Shown in pieces: positions 1-10,279 of a stretch of 64,000 nt of DNA. The notes below the pieces were generated by a model, which saw only the letters and a program-made list of their open reading frames with translations, had not been told where the DNA came from and did not search any database. The stretch is from Candidatus Thorarchaeota archaeon (GTDB lineage: Archaea > Asgardarchaeota > Thorarchaeia > Thorarchaeales > Thorarchaeaceae): the NCBI GenBank assembly GCA_963726195.1, contig CAVSBO010000008.1, forward strand, positions 32,001-96,000. The letters are read 5' to 3'. Position 1 is the first letter of the stretch. Each line of letters opens with the position of its first letter. Both the position numbers and the translations under genes were made by a program.

Positions 1-292
1 GAAGTGGTCTGTGCCAATGCTTGAGGAGGGGCTGTTTGTTGCAGGTCCTTTGGCGCTTCTTCTTGCGGAGCTCGAGATGCACGACATACCTGCTATTGGT
101 CTTCTGACGTATGCCACGCGGGGTCGTCCCGATCCAAGGTCGGCAGCCGTAATGCTGGGGAAGATAAACCAAGTGTATGGTATCAAGGCAGACGTAGACC
201 AACTCCTTGAGGAAAGCAAGGAAATTGAACGACTTGAGAAGATGCGAAAGAGCATCGAGTCTGATGACAGGTCATCTGATATGTTCGTCTAG
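1..292 (+). CDS. PAC2-family proteasome assembly chaperone, 3' part (5' end outside window)
   Basis: GPLALLL...IPAIGLL...PDPRSAA...DVDQLLEE pattern typical of the PAC2 C-terminus. Confidence 0.75.
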   Translation, partial: KWSVPMLEEGLFVAGPLALLLAELEMHDIPAIGLLTYATRGRPDPRSAAVMLGKINQVYGIKADVDQLLEESKEIERLEKMRKSIESDDRSSDMFV

Positions 293-831
293 CCGAAGCG
301 CCTGAGGTACCAGCCGATATCCATCACATTCTTTGCAACGAGCTCGTGTGCCGATAGAGAGTGAAGTCTTGCAGCATCTACCGACAAGGCCGCTAGCCCC
401 ATACATTCATCATCAGTATTCAATACGAGGACCTGCTGTCCTCTCTGCAGGGTGGGCTCGAGCTTCAAGACCGATTCCTTGAGAATGCTGCGACCGTACG
501 TGAACGCCTCCGCCGCGTGTCTCGAGACAACAATCCTCTTGTCAGTCAGAGGTAAGATATGGTGCAAGATCGGAAGCGCCAGTTTGAATTCGCCTCGCTT
601 CCTGTCTCCAAGCCATAAGCCAATCATCTGCGGGTCGAAACTCTCAGACTCGACCATGATTCTGTTGAGCCACTCCCTTGGCACCAAGTAGAACGAAAGG
701 CCACCATCCATCCTGAGGATTACAGGAACACGGTCTGCCTGAAGCTTCTCTGCTACTCCTTGGCCGAAGTCAGCATCGATTTGGTGCACGACAGGATTCC
801 AGTCATCTGGCTCTGCTAGCGCTATTCTCAA
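289..831 (-). CDS. Nip7-like PUA-domain ribosome biogenesis protein
   Basis: GLWLG...F.L.L, AEAFTYGRSILKES, VLVLN..DECMGLA, NVMDIGWYLR; likely TTG start after GAGGAG; directly downstream of Nop2 homolog. Confidence 0.75.
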   Translation of the reverse strand: MRIALAEPDDWNPVVHQIDADFGQGVAEKLQADRVPVILRMDGGLSFYLVPREWLNRIMVESESFDPQMIGLWLGDRKRGEFKLALPILHHILPLTDKRIVVSRHAAEAFTYGRSILKESVLKLEPTLQRGQQVLVLNTDDECMGLAALSVDAARLHSLSAHELVAKNVMDIGWYLRRFG

Positions 832-838
832 TAAACAA

Positions 839-1804
839 TCAGCTCCTCTTAACCATCTTACAGATGAAGAACCCCTCTGTGCCATTCTTGTGAGGCAGAA
901 ATCTTCTTGCTAACTCCAGACTCGGGCTAAGCCGAACACCGAATGGCTCAGTGTAGGATGGGACTCCAAACTCTAACGGAATAGGTACAACCTTCATTTC
1001 CGCGTGCCTCTTTAGAAAGTCATCAATGACGTACTCGTTTTCCTCCGGCGCGATTGAACATGTGGAATAGACAAGAGTCCCTCCGTCTTCAAGCACGGAC
1101 GCGGCAGAGTCCAGCATTTCATCCTGCCTCCCCGCACAGTATCTGATGTCCGCCATGCTCTTGCTCGTCTTGCGCGAAGGATCCAGCGGTATCAGTCCCT
1201 CACCTGAGCAGGGAGCATCAAGCAGTACCCTATTCGCCTTGATTTGCAGTCGCGAAAGCTTCTTGGCATCGCCCCTCAGAACAAAGGCATTCTCTACCCC
1301 ACATCTTAGGATGTTTCCCTGTAGACTCTTGATACGCAGTCTATCCTGTTCAATAGAGACAATGAGTCCTGAGTTTTCCATCATCTGAGCAATATGTGTG
1401 GTTTTTCCTCCCGGTGCTGCTGCTATGTCAATTACAGTTTCGCTTGGGCGTGGATCAAGCACGCCAGTTACTGTCATTGACGGCACACCCTGCACATAGA
1501 ATAGACCAAGCATGTGCTCAAAGAGCGACCCCGGTGAATCCGTGCCAAAGTCGACATAGAACCCCTCCTTAATCCAAGGTACTGCCTCAAGCTTGAACCC
1601 TTTCTTTCGAAGACGCGGTTGTAGACTATCGATGGAGCTCTTCAGCGTGTTCACCCTGATCGAGGTTCTTATCGGCCGTTCGCATGCATTGAGGAACTGC
1701 AGCGTCTCTTCTTCTCCCCAGAGAGCTAAGTACCGCTCAATCATGTAATTCTGGTAACCGTACTTTTCGGCCAGTTCCTTGCTTCTTTGTCTCTGTTCTT
1801 TCAC
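839..1804 (-). CDS. NOL1/NOP2/Sun (RsmB/F) RNA m5C methyltransferase
   Basis: IRVNTLK, DIAAAPGGKT, LLDAPCSGEG, YSTCSIAPEENE motifs. Confidence 0.95.
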   Translation of the reverse strand: MKEQRQRSKELAEKYGYQNYMIERYLALWGEEETLQFLNACERPIRTSIRVNTLKSSIDSLQPRLRKKGFKLEAVPWIKEGFYVDFGTDSPGSLFEHMLGLFYVQGVPSMTVTGVLDPRPSETVIDIAAAPGGKTTHIAQMMENSGLIVSIEQDRLRIKSLQGNILRCGVENAFVLRGDAKKLSRLQIKANRVLLDAPCSGEGLIPLDPSRKTSKSMADIRYCAGRQDEMLDSAASVLEDGGTLVYSTCSIAPEENEYVIDDFLKRHAEMKVVPIPLEFGVPSYTEPFGVRLSPSLELARRFLPHKNGTEGFFICKMVKRS

Positions 1805-1819
1805 TGGAGGCTCCTCGGT

Positions 1820-3077
1820 TCATGCTTTCTTAAGATGTGTCTTCAGTTCTTGAATGTCCGGACCAATAACGGGTGGTTGTGACGTAAGTCGATCCGCTGT
1901 TGTGAGATCCTTGAAACCAGAACCAGTGATGGGGACCACGACCCTGTCGGAGGGATCAATTAAGCCGCCTTCTATGAGAGTCTTGGCACCGGCGAGTGCC
2001 GCCATACCACTAGGTTCAGCGAAGATTCCTTCGAGCTTCGCAAGCATCAGGAGGTATTGCTCTATGGCACCGTCAGATACCTGAACGGCGGTACCTTTCG
2101 CGAGTCTAAGGTACTTTAGGGCAGCATCTCCGTCCCAAGGGTACGGGTCTGCCAAACCTCCAGCAATGGTCTCGTTTGAACCCCAAGGTTCTATGTGAAG
2201 AGGATCGCTTTTCTGATGGAATGCCCTGACGATTGGCGCACAACCCTCTGGCTGGACCACGACGGGCCTCGGCAACCGATCAATTAACCCCATCTGCTGG
2301 AACTCCCAGAAACCCTTCATCGTACCCGCCATCAGGCCCCCGCTGCCTGTAGGGAACAATACCCAATCAGGCGGGTCCCATGCCATCTGCTCTGCAATTT
2401 CATACCCCAACGATTTGGTTCCTTCGAACTGGAAGCAATTGAATGGTCCGAACGAGGGAACGGGAGCCCAACCGAGCTGGTCGCACGCCATTCGAAGCAG
2501 CGTCGTCGTAGGATCAATGCCTTCCTCTGCCTTCCGGACTCTGAACACTCGGGCTCCGAGGGTTCTGAGATGAACAAGCTTAGCGGCGGGCGCAGCTTCG
2601 GGAACAAACACTACAGCTTCAAGTCCGCCCCTCAGCTGCATAGGTGGCCATTGATGCCGCTGCATTTCCCGAAGATGCCGCAGCAACCGTGTTGGCGCCG
2701 TCTTGTCTGGCACGACTGACCCCGACGCAGATGGGCCTATCCTTGAAGGAACCGGATGGATTTGTCGTTTCTAGCTTGAGGAACAGGTTTCTTAGCCCGA
2801 TGGCGGAAGCGAGTCTTTTGCTCTTCAACAGCGACGTATTTCCTTCGCCCAAGGTCACAATACTATGTCTATCTCTAATGGGCATGAGCTCGACATATTT
2901 CCACAGACCTCCACTGCGACGTTTCAGGCTGCTTCTCGTGATTTTGTTCTTTAGGCTTTCAAGGTCGAGCGTGATATCGATTCTACCGCCGCATCCATCA
3001 TTCGGAGGTACGTTCTCTTCTGAATATGACTTGCCACATCGTGCGCACTTGAACTGCGTTGTGCTTTTCAACGTCAT
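1820..3077 (-). CDS. thrC: Threonine synthase (PLP), one frameshift near 2630
   Basis: N-part (Zn ribbon, LGEGNT, NPSGSFKDR, ASSGNAA) in ORF 2619..3371; C-part (EGTKS, PTGSGG, EGIFAEP, ITGSGFK) in ORF 1820..2713. Confidence 0.85.
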
Positions 3078-3239
3078 CAGCCTCGAGGTCCTAGGAATGG
3101 TCAGGTTATCTGGGTTGCGGACAGTCACGTTGCGACTACATGTACTGCTGGCCCGCAAGGCTATCTTCATGAGGGAAACGCGTAACTCTCGTATCATCTT
3201 CGTCGTTTTGAAATCCCAATAAGAAGGAGCCTGTGCGGC

Positions 3240-3842
3240 ATGAAAGAACCAAACATTGAGGTGGAGGTGAAAGTTCCTCTGACGGATTTGCACGCTTTGG
3301 GAAAACTGCTCCAGTCGAGGGGCTCTCGCATACTCAGTAGCGAGACACAATATGACGAGTACTACGACCACCCATGCAAATCGTTCAAAGAAACCGATGA
3401 GGCTGTACGTCTAAGGCGCCGGGTTCCCTCTGGCACAAGGAGAAGTACGAAAGGCGAATCTGGCCAGATTCTCGAACTCACGTACAAAGGGCCAAGAGTG
3501 GACTCCAAGTCGAAGAGTCGGGTTGAGGTCTCCTTGGTGGTAGATGATTCTGAGTCGGCCAAGTTGTTCCTTGAGCGTCTGGGGTTCAAGTACGTAACAA
3601 CGATAATCAAGAGACGTGTGTTCTATAAGGTCGGCGATGCAATTGCGAGCCTAGACGATGTCGAGGGGGTGGGGCTCTTCTTAGAAATCGAAAGGATTGT
3701 CGCATCCGGAGGCGAAGTTGAGAAAACACGCGATGAATTGCTTCGTCTGATTAGTAGTCTGGGATTGGATCCGAGTGCGTCTATTCGCGACTCGTATCTA
3801 GAACTATACCAGCGAAAGGTAGGTCAAGGCTCTTCTGCGTAG
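3240..3842 (+). CDS. cyaB: CYTH-domain protein (class IV adenylate cyclase-like)
   Basis: EVEVK, DEYY..P, LRLR, LTYKGP, K.R, LDDVEGVGLFLEIE. Confidence 0.88.
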   Translation: MKEPNIEVEVKVPLTDLHALGKLLQSRGSRILSSETQYDEYYDHPCKSFKETDEAVRLRRRVPSGTRRSTKGESGQILELTYKGPRVDSKSKSRVEVSLVVDDSESAKLFLERLGFKYVTTIIKRRVFYKVGDAIASLDDVEGVGLFLEIERIVASGGEVEKTRDELLRLISSLGLDPSASIRDSYLELYQRKVGQGSSA

Positions 3843-4432
3843 TGGGATTCTTGTTGCAGACGTCGAACAAAGTCTGTAAGAAAAGCATGACGTTGTTCTG
3901 CCATAGCTCTGGCCTTGTCAGTATACATCATGGCATGCAGCTTGAGGAGTTTCTCTTCGGCATGCTTGAGAAAACCCTCCACGTCTCTGTTTTCAATCAC
4001 TGACTCGGCAATGCCTCTGAATATTCCAATGGCACCCATGGCGTCGAGCTTATCCGCATCGCTGAGTATCTTGCCTTCCAATGATGATGGTGTCAGGTTT
4101 TCACTGAAACGATGAGTCCTGATTGCGTCTACGATTTGCTCCACTTCTGTTTCGGTGTACCCCGTTTTCTGAAGAACCTCCCTGCTCATTTCGCCCGAAA
4201 GAATGGCATGCGACACGCCGGTCTCTTTCTCTTTGGCACGCCCGATATCATGGAGCAGGGCTGCTGCACTGACGATTCTTAGATTCGCCTCGCTACCGGA
4301 TGCTATGCGTCTAGCGAGTGCATAGACGCGCTTCGTGTGGTCATATGCATGGGCCCCCTGGGATGACCCCCCTGTCATTTGCTTGGCAAATGCATCAAGC
4401 TTCCTCTCAGGAGAGGTTTTCACACATGTCAC
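3824..4432 (-). CDS. HD-domain phosphohydrolase
   Basis: H..DH..RV, LLHDIGR, H.F, DADKLDAMGAIG. Confidence 0.9.
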   Translation of the reverse strand: MTCVKTSPERKLDAFAKQMTGGSSQGAHAYDHTKRVYALARRIASGSEANLRIVSAAALLHDIGRAKEKETGVSHAILSGEMSREVLQKTGYTETEVEQIVDAIRTHRFSENLTPSSLEGKILSDADKLDAMGAIGIFRGIAESVIENRDVEGFLKHAEEKLLKLHAMMYTDKARAMAEQRHAFLTDFVRRLQQESHYAEEP

Positions 4433-4574
4433 CGCCTGTCTTCTGATGGCAAGACAGCGGACGTATCCGAGAAATGCTTTAATGGTTTCCTCTGGAGAGC
4501 AAGTGCAAGTCCGGAATCAGCCCGCCCGTTTCAGTTCATGTCTAGCCGGCAAGTCATCAAGAGGTACTGCCTAA

Positions 4575-7500
4575 TTGAGTGCTCCTGCCACGACCGTCCG
4601 TCGCAAGATGAGTATCATGACAGTTATCAGTTCTTTTCTTCTTCTTGTAACCATCATATGGGCAGCGTGGTCTTTCTTTCTCATTCAAGGTGGAGCAGTG
4701 CGAACAGAAATCCCGCAAGAGCGATTTGATAATGTCAAGCCTTGGCCGTACAATATCAACTGGACAGGTGGGAGGAGTTCCTGGTTCGAGAATCTCAATT
4801 ACACGAATCTTCCATTGAACATGTCTCCTCCGGCCGATGTCCTGCAGCAGCTGGAGAATGTTGTCTTCCTCGTGTCCCCGCAGGATCCACCACAACTCTG
4901 GCGCAATACTGCGTATGATCACTACGATGGAAGCGGCTGGACTAAGACAACCAATAATCCAATTCCGGTCACATCCGAGGTAATCAGCAGGAGTCGAGCG
5001 CTGCTTCAAGGCAATCCAGTATACGACATTTATCTCAATCTGACAGCCGGACCGAACGTTGGTAATGTTGAGCTGCCGGCTCTGTTTCCAGGTATTCAAG
5101 TGATTGCCGGTTCATTTCGGACGGGAGGAATGGTCTCGGGGGTATTTCAGCCGGACAGTCCTTCAAGACTACTTGGCATGAACCTAGAGACGGATGACTA
5201 TGGCACCTTGCTTCTGAGTCCCCTCCTCCAAGGTGCCACGGGGACCAACATCCTGCTCAACTACGAAGTGACCTACAGAACCCAGGACTTGGTCAATGTT
5301 GCCAACAACGCCCTAGAGGGACAATATGCGCCTGCGGGTATCGCTACGACATATGGTTCTCTTGCTGGCGTAACCCTGACGCAGAGAGTGCTCGATGAAA
5401 TCGCGCCATTTGACATTCCGGGAGTGAACGCGTACGACATAGCTATAGCTGTCAGCCTCGACTTCCGCAGCAAGTACCAGCTGATGATCGCGCCTGGTCA
5501 GTTCACGCAGCGCCCAGCCCTGGGCCAAGAAGTCACAGACTGGTTCATTCAACGAGGCGGAGGCTTGCCAATGGACTTCGCTACAGCCTACTGCGTTTTC
5601 ATGCGCCATCTCGGTATCCCTGCTCGTATGGTAATCGGTTATGCTGTGGGCGACCCTACTGAAGCTTATCGCACAATAAGGGTCAGGCATATGATGTTCT
5701 GGGCGGAGGTCTTCATTCCAATGAATGGCTCTCCCACAGGGGGTGAGTGGATTCAGGTCGTTCCGATTCCTCTTCCTAGCAGTATGGGCGGTAACGAAAT
5801 ACCACAGAACACGAATCCGGGCAGCGTTCAGCTGTATGTCGGGCCGCCGCAGTGGGCCATGATTGGATCTAATTTCAACCTCAGTGCGCTTCTTGTGTTT
5901 CAAGGCATACCTGTCAGTACTCCTGAAACAATCCACTTCCGTGACGAAACGGATCAGATTTCCATGGGAACTGGCACAATTCAGATGGGCACCAGTCTAC
6001 CGTTGGCAAACATAACCTACGCATTTCCCGTGGGTTCGACACTCGGTTTCCACAGCATATCCGCGACATGGATCGGTACCAACATGTCTGTCACCAACTA
6101 TACGGCTGTATACGCTGTTGGGAATCCGAATCCGATGACACTTCCTCATCCAATCCCTGCGGGAGGTTTTGTTCCGAGTGAGGTCGTTGACCTTGACGTC
6201 AAGCTAGGATTGGATAACTACCTCGCACACTGGAAGGATGTTGTCCACGTGCACGGAGTCATGACCGTAAGTGGTCAGCCCGTGAATGGAACCAGGCTCA
6301 GGAACAATCAGATGCAAATCATGTGGGACGAGGGATGGATTGGAAATGCCACGATTAATGGCTCTGGTTACTACGAGCTCAGTATCTCAGTCAACCCAAA
6401 CGATCTGGTACGAATGAAAGTCGGAGTTCACAAGGTCTGGGCTCAATATGCTGGAGAATGGGATGGACTAAATCCAGTCTTACTGGCTGCACGCTCTGCC
6501 GACAACTCAACCGTTGCGGTCTGGGGCATAGTCGCTTTCAATCTGACTGTAAGGCCACAGAGCGCCTACAGAGGGGCAACGATTGTCTACGATGGCACAG
6601 CCCGACTGCTAAATGGCACAGTGTTAGTGGGTAAGACCATCGGTATCTTCCTCAATGGGACCTTGGTGAATACTGCAACTACGAACGCTTCGGGGGGTTT
6701 CCGAAGCACCTACATGATTCCTTTGAGCTATCCATTTGGTGTGGCATATGCTCGGGTCAACTGGACTTCGACCATGAACTTGGTTTCGGGAAACTGGAGC
6801 AATACCGTGGCCATCAATATTCTGGTTGGGGGAACGTTGCTAAGCATAGACTCCACACCGAGAGCTCCGCAGGTCGTGCACATCTCTCAGTCCATTCTGA
6901 TCTATGGCAATCTAACCCATGCCACAAATGGCTCAGGCATTACTGGGCAGACAATACGCGTTTGGTGGCAGAACGGCACCTCGGTACGGTTGATAGGCAG
7001 CAATACTACAGGTGTCGGGGGCTTCTATGAACTGAGATACACCGTGCCTGCTGGATACGAGGGCACTGTGACCTACTGGACTCAGTTCAATTCTCTTGGT
7101 CCTCCATTGATCAGTTCCCGCTCTGTCAACATGACGATTCGTGTTCAGAAATACAATACGACCCTCACCATCTTCTCGGACAAGGTGAGTTATCACCTAA
7201 ACGAGACGGCCCACATCTGGGGCCGACTACTGTTTGAAAATGGGACTCCGTGGCCCGGGAGAAATGTGAGCATCAATTGGGTCAACGGCAGTGTTCACAC
7301 CTTCTACGTAACAACGAACTCAACCGGGTGGTATAGCTTCTACTATGGCTGCTCAGTTCCCAAAGATATCGCAGGCACCGTGGTGGTTCAAGCTATCTTC
7401 ACCTCGCCCAACCCACTCTTCCGCAACTCAACAGCAGTGCTCTCACCGTCGCTGGTGCTACGGCTGTATCAGGTCGTGGCCTATGCCAGCCCTATCGCGG

Positions 7501-9818
7501 CACAATATCATCTTGATGAAGTCGTAGTGTTTTCCGGTAACCTCACATTTCAAGAGAATGGTGTTCCCCTTTGTGGTGCCATTGTCACCATTTGCTACAG
7601 GAATGGGACGAACACGTATTTCTTCAACAAGACCACTGACGGTGCTGGCAACTTTGCATTCCGCTACAATTGCTCGATTCGTGATGCGCTAGGCGCAGTC
7701 TACATCTGGGCAAGATATACCAGCTCGAATTCTCTTTGGAGCAGCGGATTGTCCGCGAATCGGACCACAACTCTGATCCTCTATCAGTTTCAGCTTATTG
7801 CCAATCCCAGTCCTACAACGTGTCATCTGGATGAGACCATACTGATAACGGGTCGTCTTACATATCTTCAGAATGGCACCCCCTTGGCCAATCGAAACAT
7901 AACGATTCACTGGGACTGGAATAACGGAACGGTGCTCGTTTTCGGACCCTACCGGACCAATGCAACGGGCTATTTCAGGTTCTACTACAACTGCTCTGTT
8001 CCCAAAGACAGGCCAGCCAACATCACCGTTTGGGCGCAGTTTAACAACAATGTGAAGCTCTGGAGCAACGCAAGTTCTCTGTCGAGCACAATCCGGCTCA
8101 TTCTGTATCAGATTGTTTTCACCGTGAACGCACCGTCTCCCGTCACATTGGACCGGGTTCTCCTTATTCAGGGTAATCTCACCTATCTAGGCGGAACGCC
8201 GGTTCTTGCAGGTGCTAATGTCACGATTTACCTTCGTGTTGGTGCCAGCTGGGTTCCGAAGAATTCCTCAGTCACCGACTCGTTCGGTAGATTCAGGTAT
8301 TTCCATCAATTCACTGTACCTCCGGACGTGCCCGGCATCTACGTGTTCAGGTGTGTGTACATCAGAACCAGTCTCTTGACAAGCAATGCAACCATCCAGA
8401 TTCAAATCACCGCACAAGCAATCAATGTCGTCATTGTTGCGAATGGCAGCACAGCAAAATCATACCTCGGTCAAGCTTTCACAGTATCCGGCACGTTGAG
8501 ATTCCAGAACGGAACTCCGATGGCCGGCTATGTCGTCGTGCTTGATTGGGATTCTGGCCGTCTCAATGTCAGTACCTTGACAGTCGCAGGCGGCACCTTT
8601 TCGTTCATCCTCGGCATAGCGTGGACTCAGCCTCTGGGACTGATTGGTTACTTTGTGGCATTCAATGCTCCTTCTGCAGCTTTTCAAACGGCCGCGTCAA
8701 GTACTTCCCAAGTGGATGTGTGGGACCGAGTTCAGCTTCACTTGGATACCCAGACGGTTCCCGTCGTGGTCAAATCGAAAACGTTCACCGTAAGCGGTTA
8801 CGTCACCGATGGTCGTGACCGCGTGACGGGAGTGCCCCTTGTGATAACAGTTGACTCGACCACTACATGGGGAACAGCATCCACCCGGAGCGATGGCGGA
8901 TTTCTGGTCAGCTTGACTGTTCCTATGAGCTGGTCTCTCGGTCCGCATGTTGTGAGCCTTTCCATTGAATATGGCAATTATGAAGTCCAAGGAACCGCAG
9001 ATTCTTGGTCGATTGAGGTGCGCTTGGGTTCAAGCATAACTGTTGCATTTGTCTCACCACGTGACACAATGCCGGGCGAGAGCTTCAGTTTCAGCATTGG
9101 GCTTGAGGATCTTTCGGGAAACCCACTAATCGGGTCTGTGAGTTTCTTGCTGAACGGAACGGTGATTGCCACACAGACGATTTCTGGCACGACAACACTA
9201 GTCCAATTCGTGCCGAGTGGGTGGGCCACTAGTGGCGCCTATGTTCTATCTGCGAATTACTCAGGCGCTGTCTATATCGATGGTTCCATAGGAAAGACAG
9301 CAGGCACAATCCACATCTTCACGAGTAACTTGTTCTTCAACCATGAAACTCCGTCGCGGATCAATCCGGGCTCGGCTCTGACGGTCAAATGCCTGCTGAC
9401 CGACGATTCGGCAGGACGTATTCCAATCGTCGGACGAACAGTTGTGCTGCATCACAACGGTACAAGCAATACTACGACGTTAACAACGGGACCCGACGGC
9501 CGCATTACGTACATTGTATTGCAGCGGGCTTCTCAAGGATACTATGAATACAGTGTTACACTGGTTTCTTCAGTTGCCAGCGTCAACTCAAGCGTGTACA
9601 GGGTTGAGATACAGCCGGTATCCGGGCTACCTTTGAGCGCAGCCTTGTTGATTTTCTGGACGGCGACGATCCTGACCGAAATCATCGCCGCTTACATTGT
9701 CATCCGACGGTCTGGGCCAAGCAATGCAGGCATGACCAAGCGATCTCGATTCAGATTGCATGTCGGGTTATCAAGAACTCGGTCAAAGCAGGTGATTACC
9801 AATGCAAGCACTAATTGA
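4575..9818 (+). CDS. Large membrane-anchored surface protein: transglutaminase-like (TgpA-type) domain plus about 11 Ig-like repeats
   Basis: N-terminal TM, LWR.TAYDHYDG.GW, MRHLGIPARMV.GY..G, WAEV; ~100-aa beta repeats (G.L...NGTP...TT...G.F); many N-x-S/T sequons; C-terminal TM. Confidence 0.8.
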   Translation: MSAPATTVRRKMSIMTVISSFLLLVTIIWAAWSFFLIQGGAVRTEIPQERFDNVKPWPYNINWTGGRSSWFENLNYTNLPLNMSPPADVLQQLENVVFLVSPQDPPQLWRNTAYDHYDGSGWTKTTNNPIPVTSEVISRSRALLQGNPVYDIYLNLTAGPNVGNVELPALFPGIQVIAGSFRTGGMVSGVFQPDSPSRLLGMNLETDDYGTLLLSPLLQGATGTNILLNYEVTYRTQDLVNVANNALEGQYAPAGIATTYGSLAGVTLTQRVLDEIAPFDIPGVNAYDIAIAVSLDFRSKYQLMIAPGQFTQRPALGQEVTDWFIQRGGGLPMDFATAYCVFMRHLGIPARMVIGYAVGDPTEAYRTIRVRHMMFWAEVFIPMNGSPTGGEWIQVVPIPLPSSMGGNEIPQNTNPGSVQLYVGPPQWAMIGSNFNLSALLVFQGIPVSTPETIHFRDETDQISMGTGTIQMGTSLPLANITYAFPVGSTLGFHSISATWIGTNMSVTNYTAVYAVGNPNPMTLPHPIPAGGFVPSEVVDLDVKLGLDNYLAHWKDVVHVHGVMTVSGQPVNGTRLRNNQMQIMWDEGWIGNATINGSGYYELSISVNPNDLVRMKVGVHKVWAQYAGEWDGLNPVLLAARSADNSTVAVWGIVAFNLTVRPQSAYRGATIVYDGTARLLNGTVLVGKTIGIFLNGTLVNTATTNASGGFRSTYMIPLSYPFGVAYARVNWTSTMNLVSGNWSNTVAINILVGGTLLSIDSTPRAPQVVHISQSILIYGNLTHATNGSGITGQTIRVWWQNGTSVRLIGSNTTGVGGFYELRYTVPAGYEGTVTYWTQFNSLGPPLISSRSVNMTIRVQKYNTTLTIFSDKVSYHLNETAHIWGRLLFENGTPWPGRNVSINWVNGSVHTFYVTTNSTGWYSFYYGCSVPKDIAGTVVVQAIFTSPNPLFRNSTAVLSPSLVLRLYQVVAYASPIAAQYHLDEVVVFSGNLTFQENGVPLCGAIVTICYRNGTNTYFFNKTTDGAGNFAFRYNCSIRDALGAVYIWARYTSSNSLWSSGLSANRTTTLILYQFQLIANPSPTTCHLDETILITGRLTYLQNGTPLANRNITIHWDWNNGTVLVFGPYRTNATGYFRFYYNCSVPKDRPANITVWAQFNNNVKLWSNASSLSSTIRLILYQIVFTVNAPSPVTLDRVLLIQGNLTYLGGTPVLAGANVTIYLRVGASWVPKNSSVTDSFGRFRYFHQFTVPPDVPGIYVFRCVYIRTSLLTSNATIQIQITAQAINVVIVANGSTAKSYLGQAFTVSGTLRFQNGTPMAGYVVVLDWDSGRLNVSTLTVAGGTFSFILGIAWTQPLGLIGYFVAFNAPSAAFQTAASSTSQVDVWDRVQLHLDTQTVPVVVKSKTFTVSGYVTDGRDRVTGVPLVITVDSTTTWGTASTRSDGGFLVSLTVPMSWSLGPHVVSLSIEYGNYEVQGTADSWSIEVRLGSSITVAFVSPRDTMPGESFSFSIGLEDLSGNPLIGSVSFLLNGTVIATQTISGTTTLVQFVPSGWATSGAYVLSANYSGAVYIDGSIGKTAGTIHIFTSNLFFNHETPSRINPGSALTVKCLLTDDSAGRIPIVGRTVVLHHNGTSNTTTLTTGPDGRITYIVLQRASQGYYEYSVTLVSSVASVNSSVYRVEIQPVSGLPLSAALLIFWTATILTEIIAAYIVIRRSGPSNAGMTKRSRFRLHVGLSRTRSKQVITNASTN

Positions 9819-10257
9819 CATACTTCTGCCAAGCGTGGCGTTAGCGGGCGCAATAGTAGTAGTCGTGCTCTATTTGTATCTCGTCAAAGGTTGGTTCCGG
9901 CGCCCAGTAACTCCAACATCGATTGACACTCCGAGCAAGCTTCGCAATATCAAGAAGCTTGCAGACTCGGGGAAGTACAGCGCCGCAATTGCCCTCGCCT
10001 ATCGGACATTCGAACAGATGTGCGGAGCAAAGATAGGTTCAGAACGATTGAACTCCGAGACCGCAAGAGAGTACATTGAGCGTGTGCTCAAGATGCTCCC
10101 TCTTGATAGTGGTGCAGTTGAGAACTTCGCGGTCTTCTATGAAGAGGCGCGATTCTCGAGACACGATATAGATCGCACAACATACGAAGCTGCAATCCGT
10201 ATATTCACAGACCTATACCCAAAGATCGAAGGTAGCCAGATTTCTACACCTGTATAG
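9802..10257 (+). CDS. DUF4129-like membrane-anchored protein
   Basis: N-terminal TM, SETAREY, FYEEARFSRH; MoxR operon context. Confidence 0.75.
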   Translation: MQALIDILLPSVALAGAIVVVVLYLYLVKGWFRRPVTPTSIDTPSKLRNIKKLADSGKYSAAIALAYRTFEQMCGAKIGSERLNSETAREYIERVLKMLPLDSGAVENFAVFYEEARFSRHDIDRTTYEAAIRIFTDLYPKIEGSQISTPV

Positions 10258-10279
10258 ACAGGAGCACGGTGGGACCGAG

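Noticed and set aside
2619-3371. Long N-terminal extension of thrC and the antisense ORF 2644..3222
   Set aside because: The extension overlaps the divergent CYTH gene; ATG 3077 with GAGG is the better start, and the antisense ORF is a shadow.
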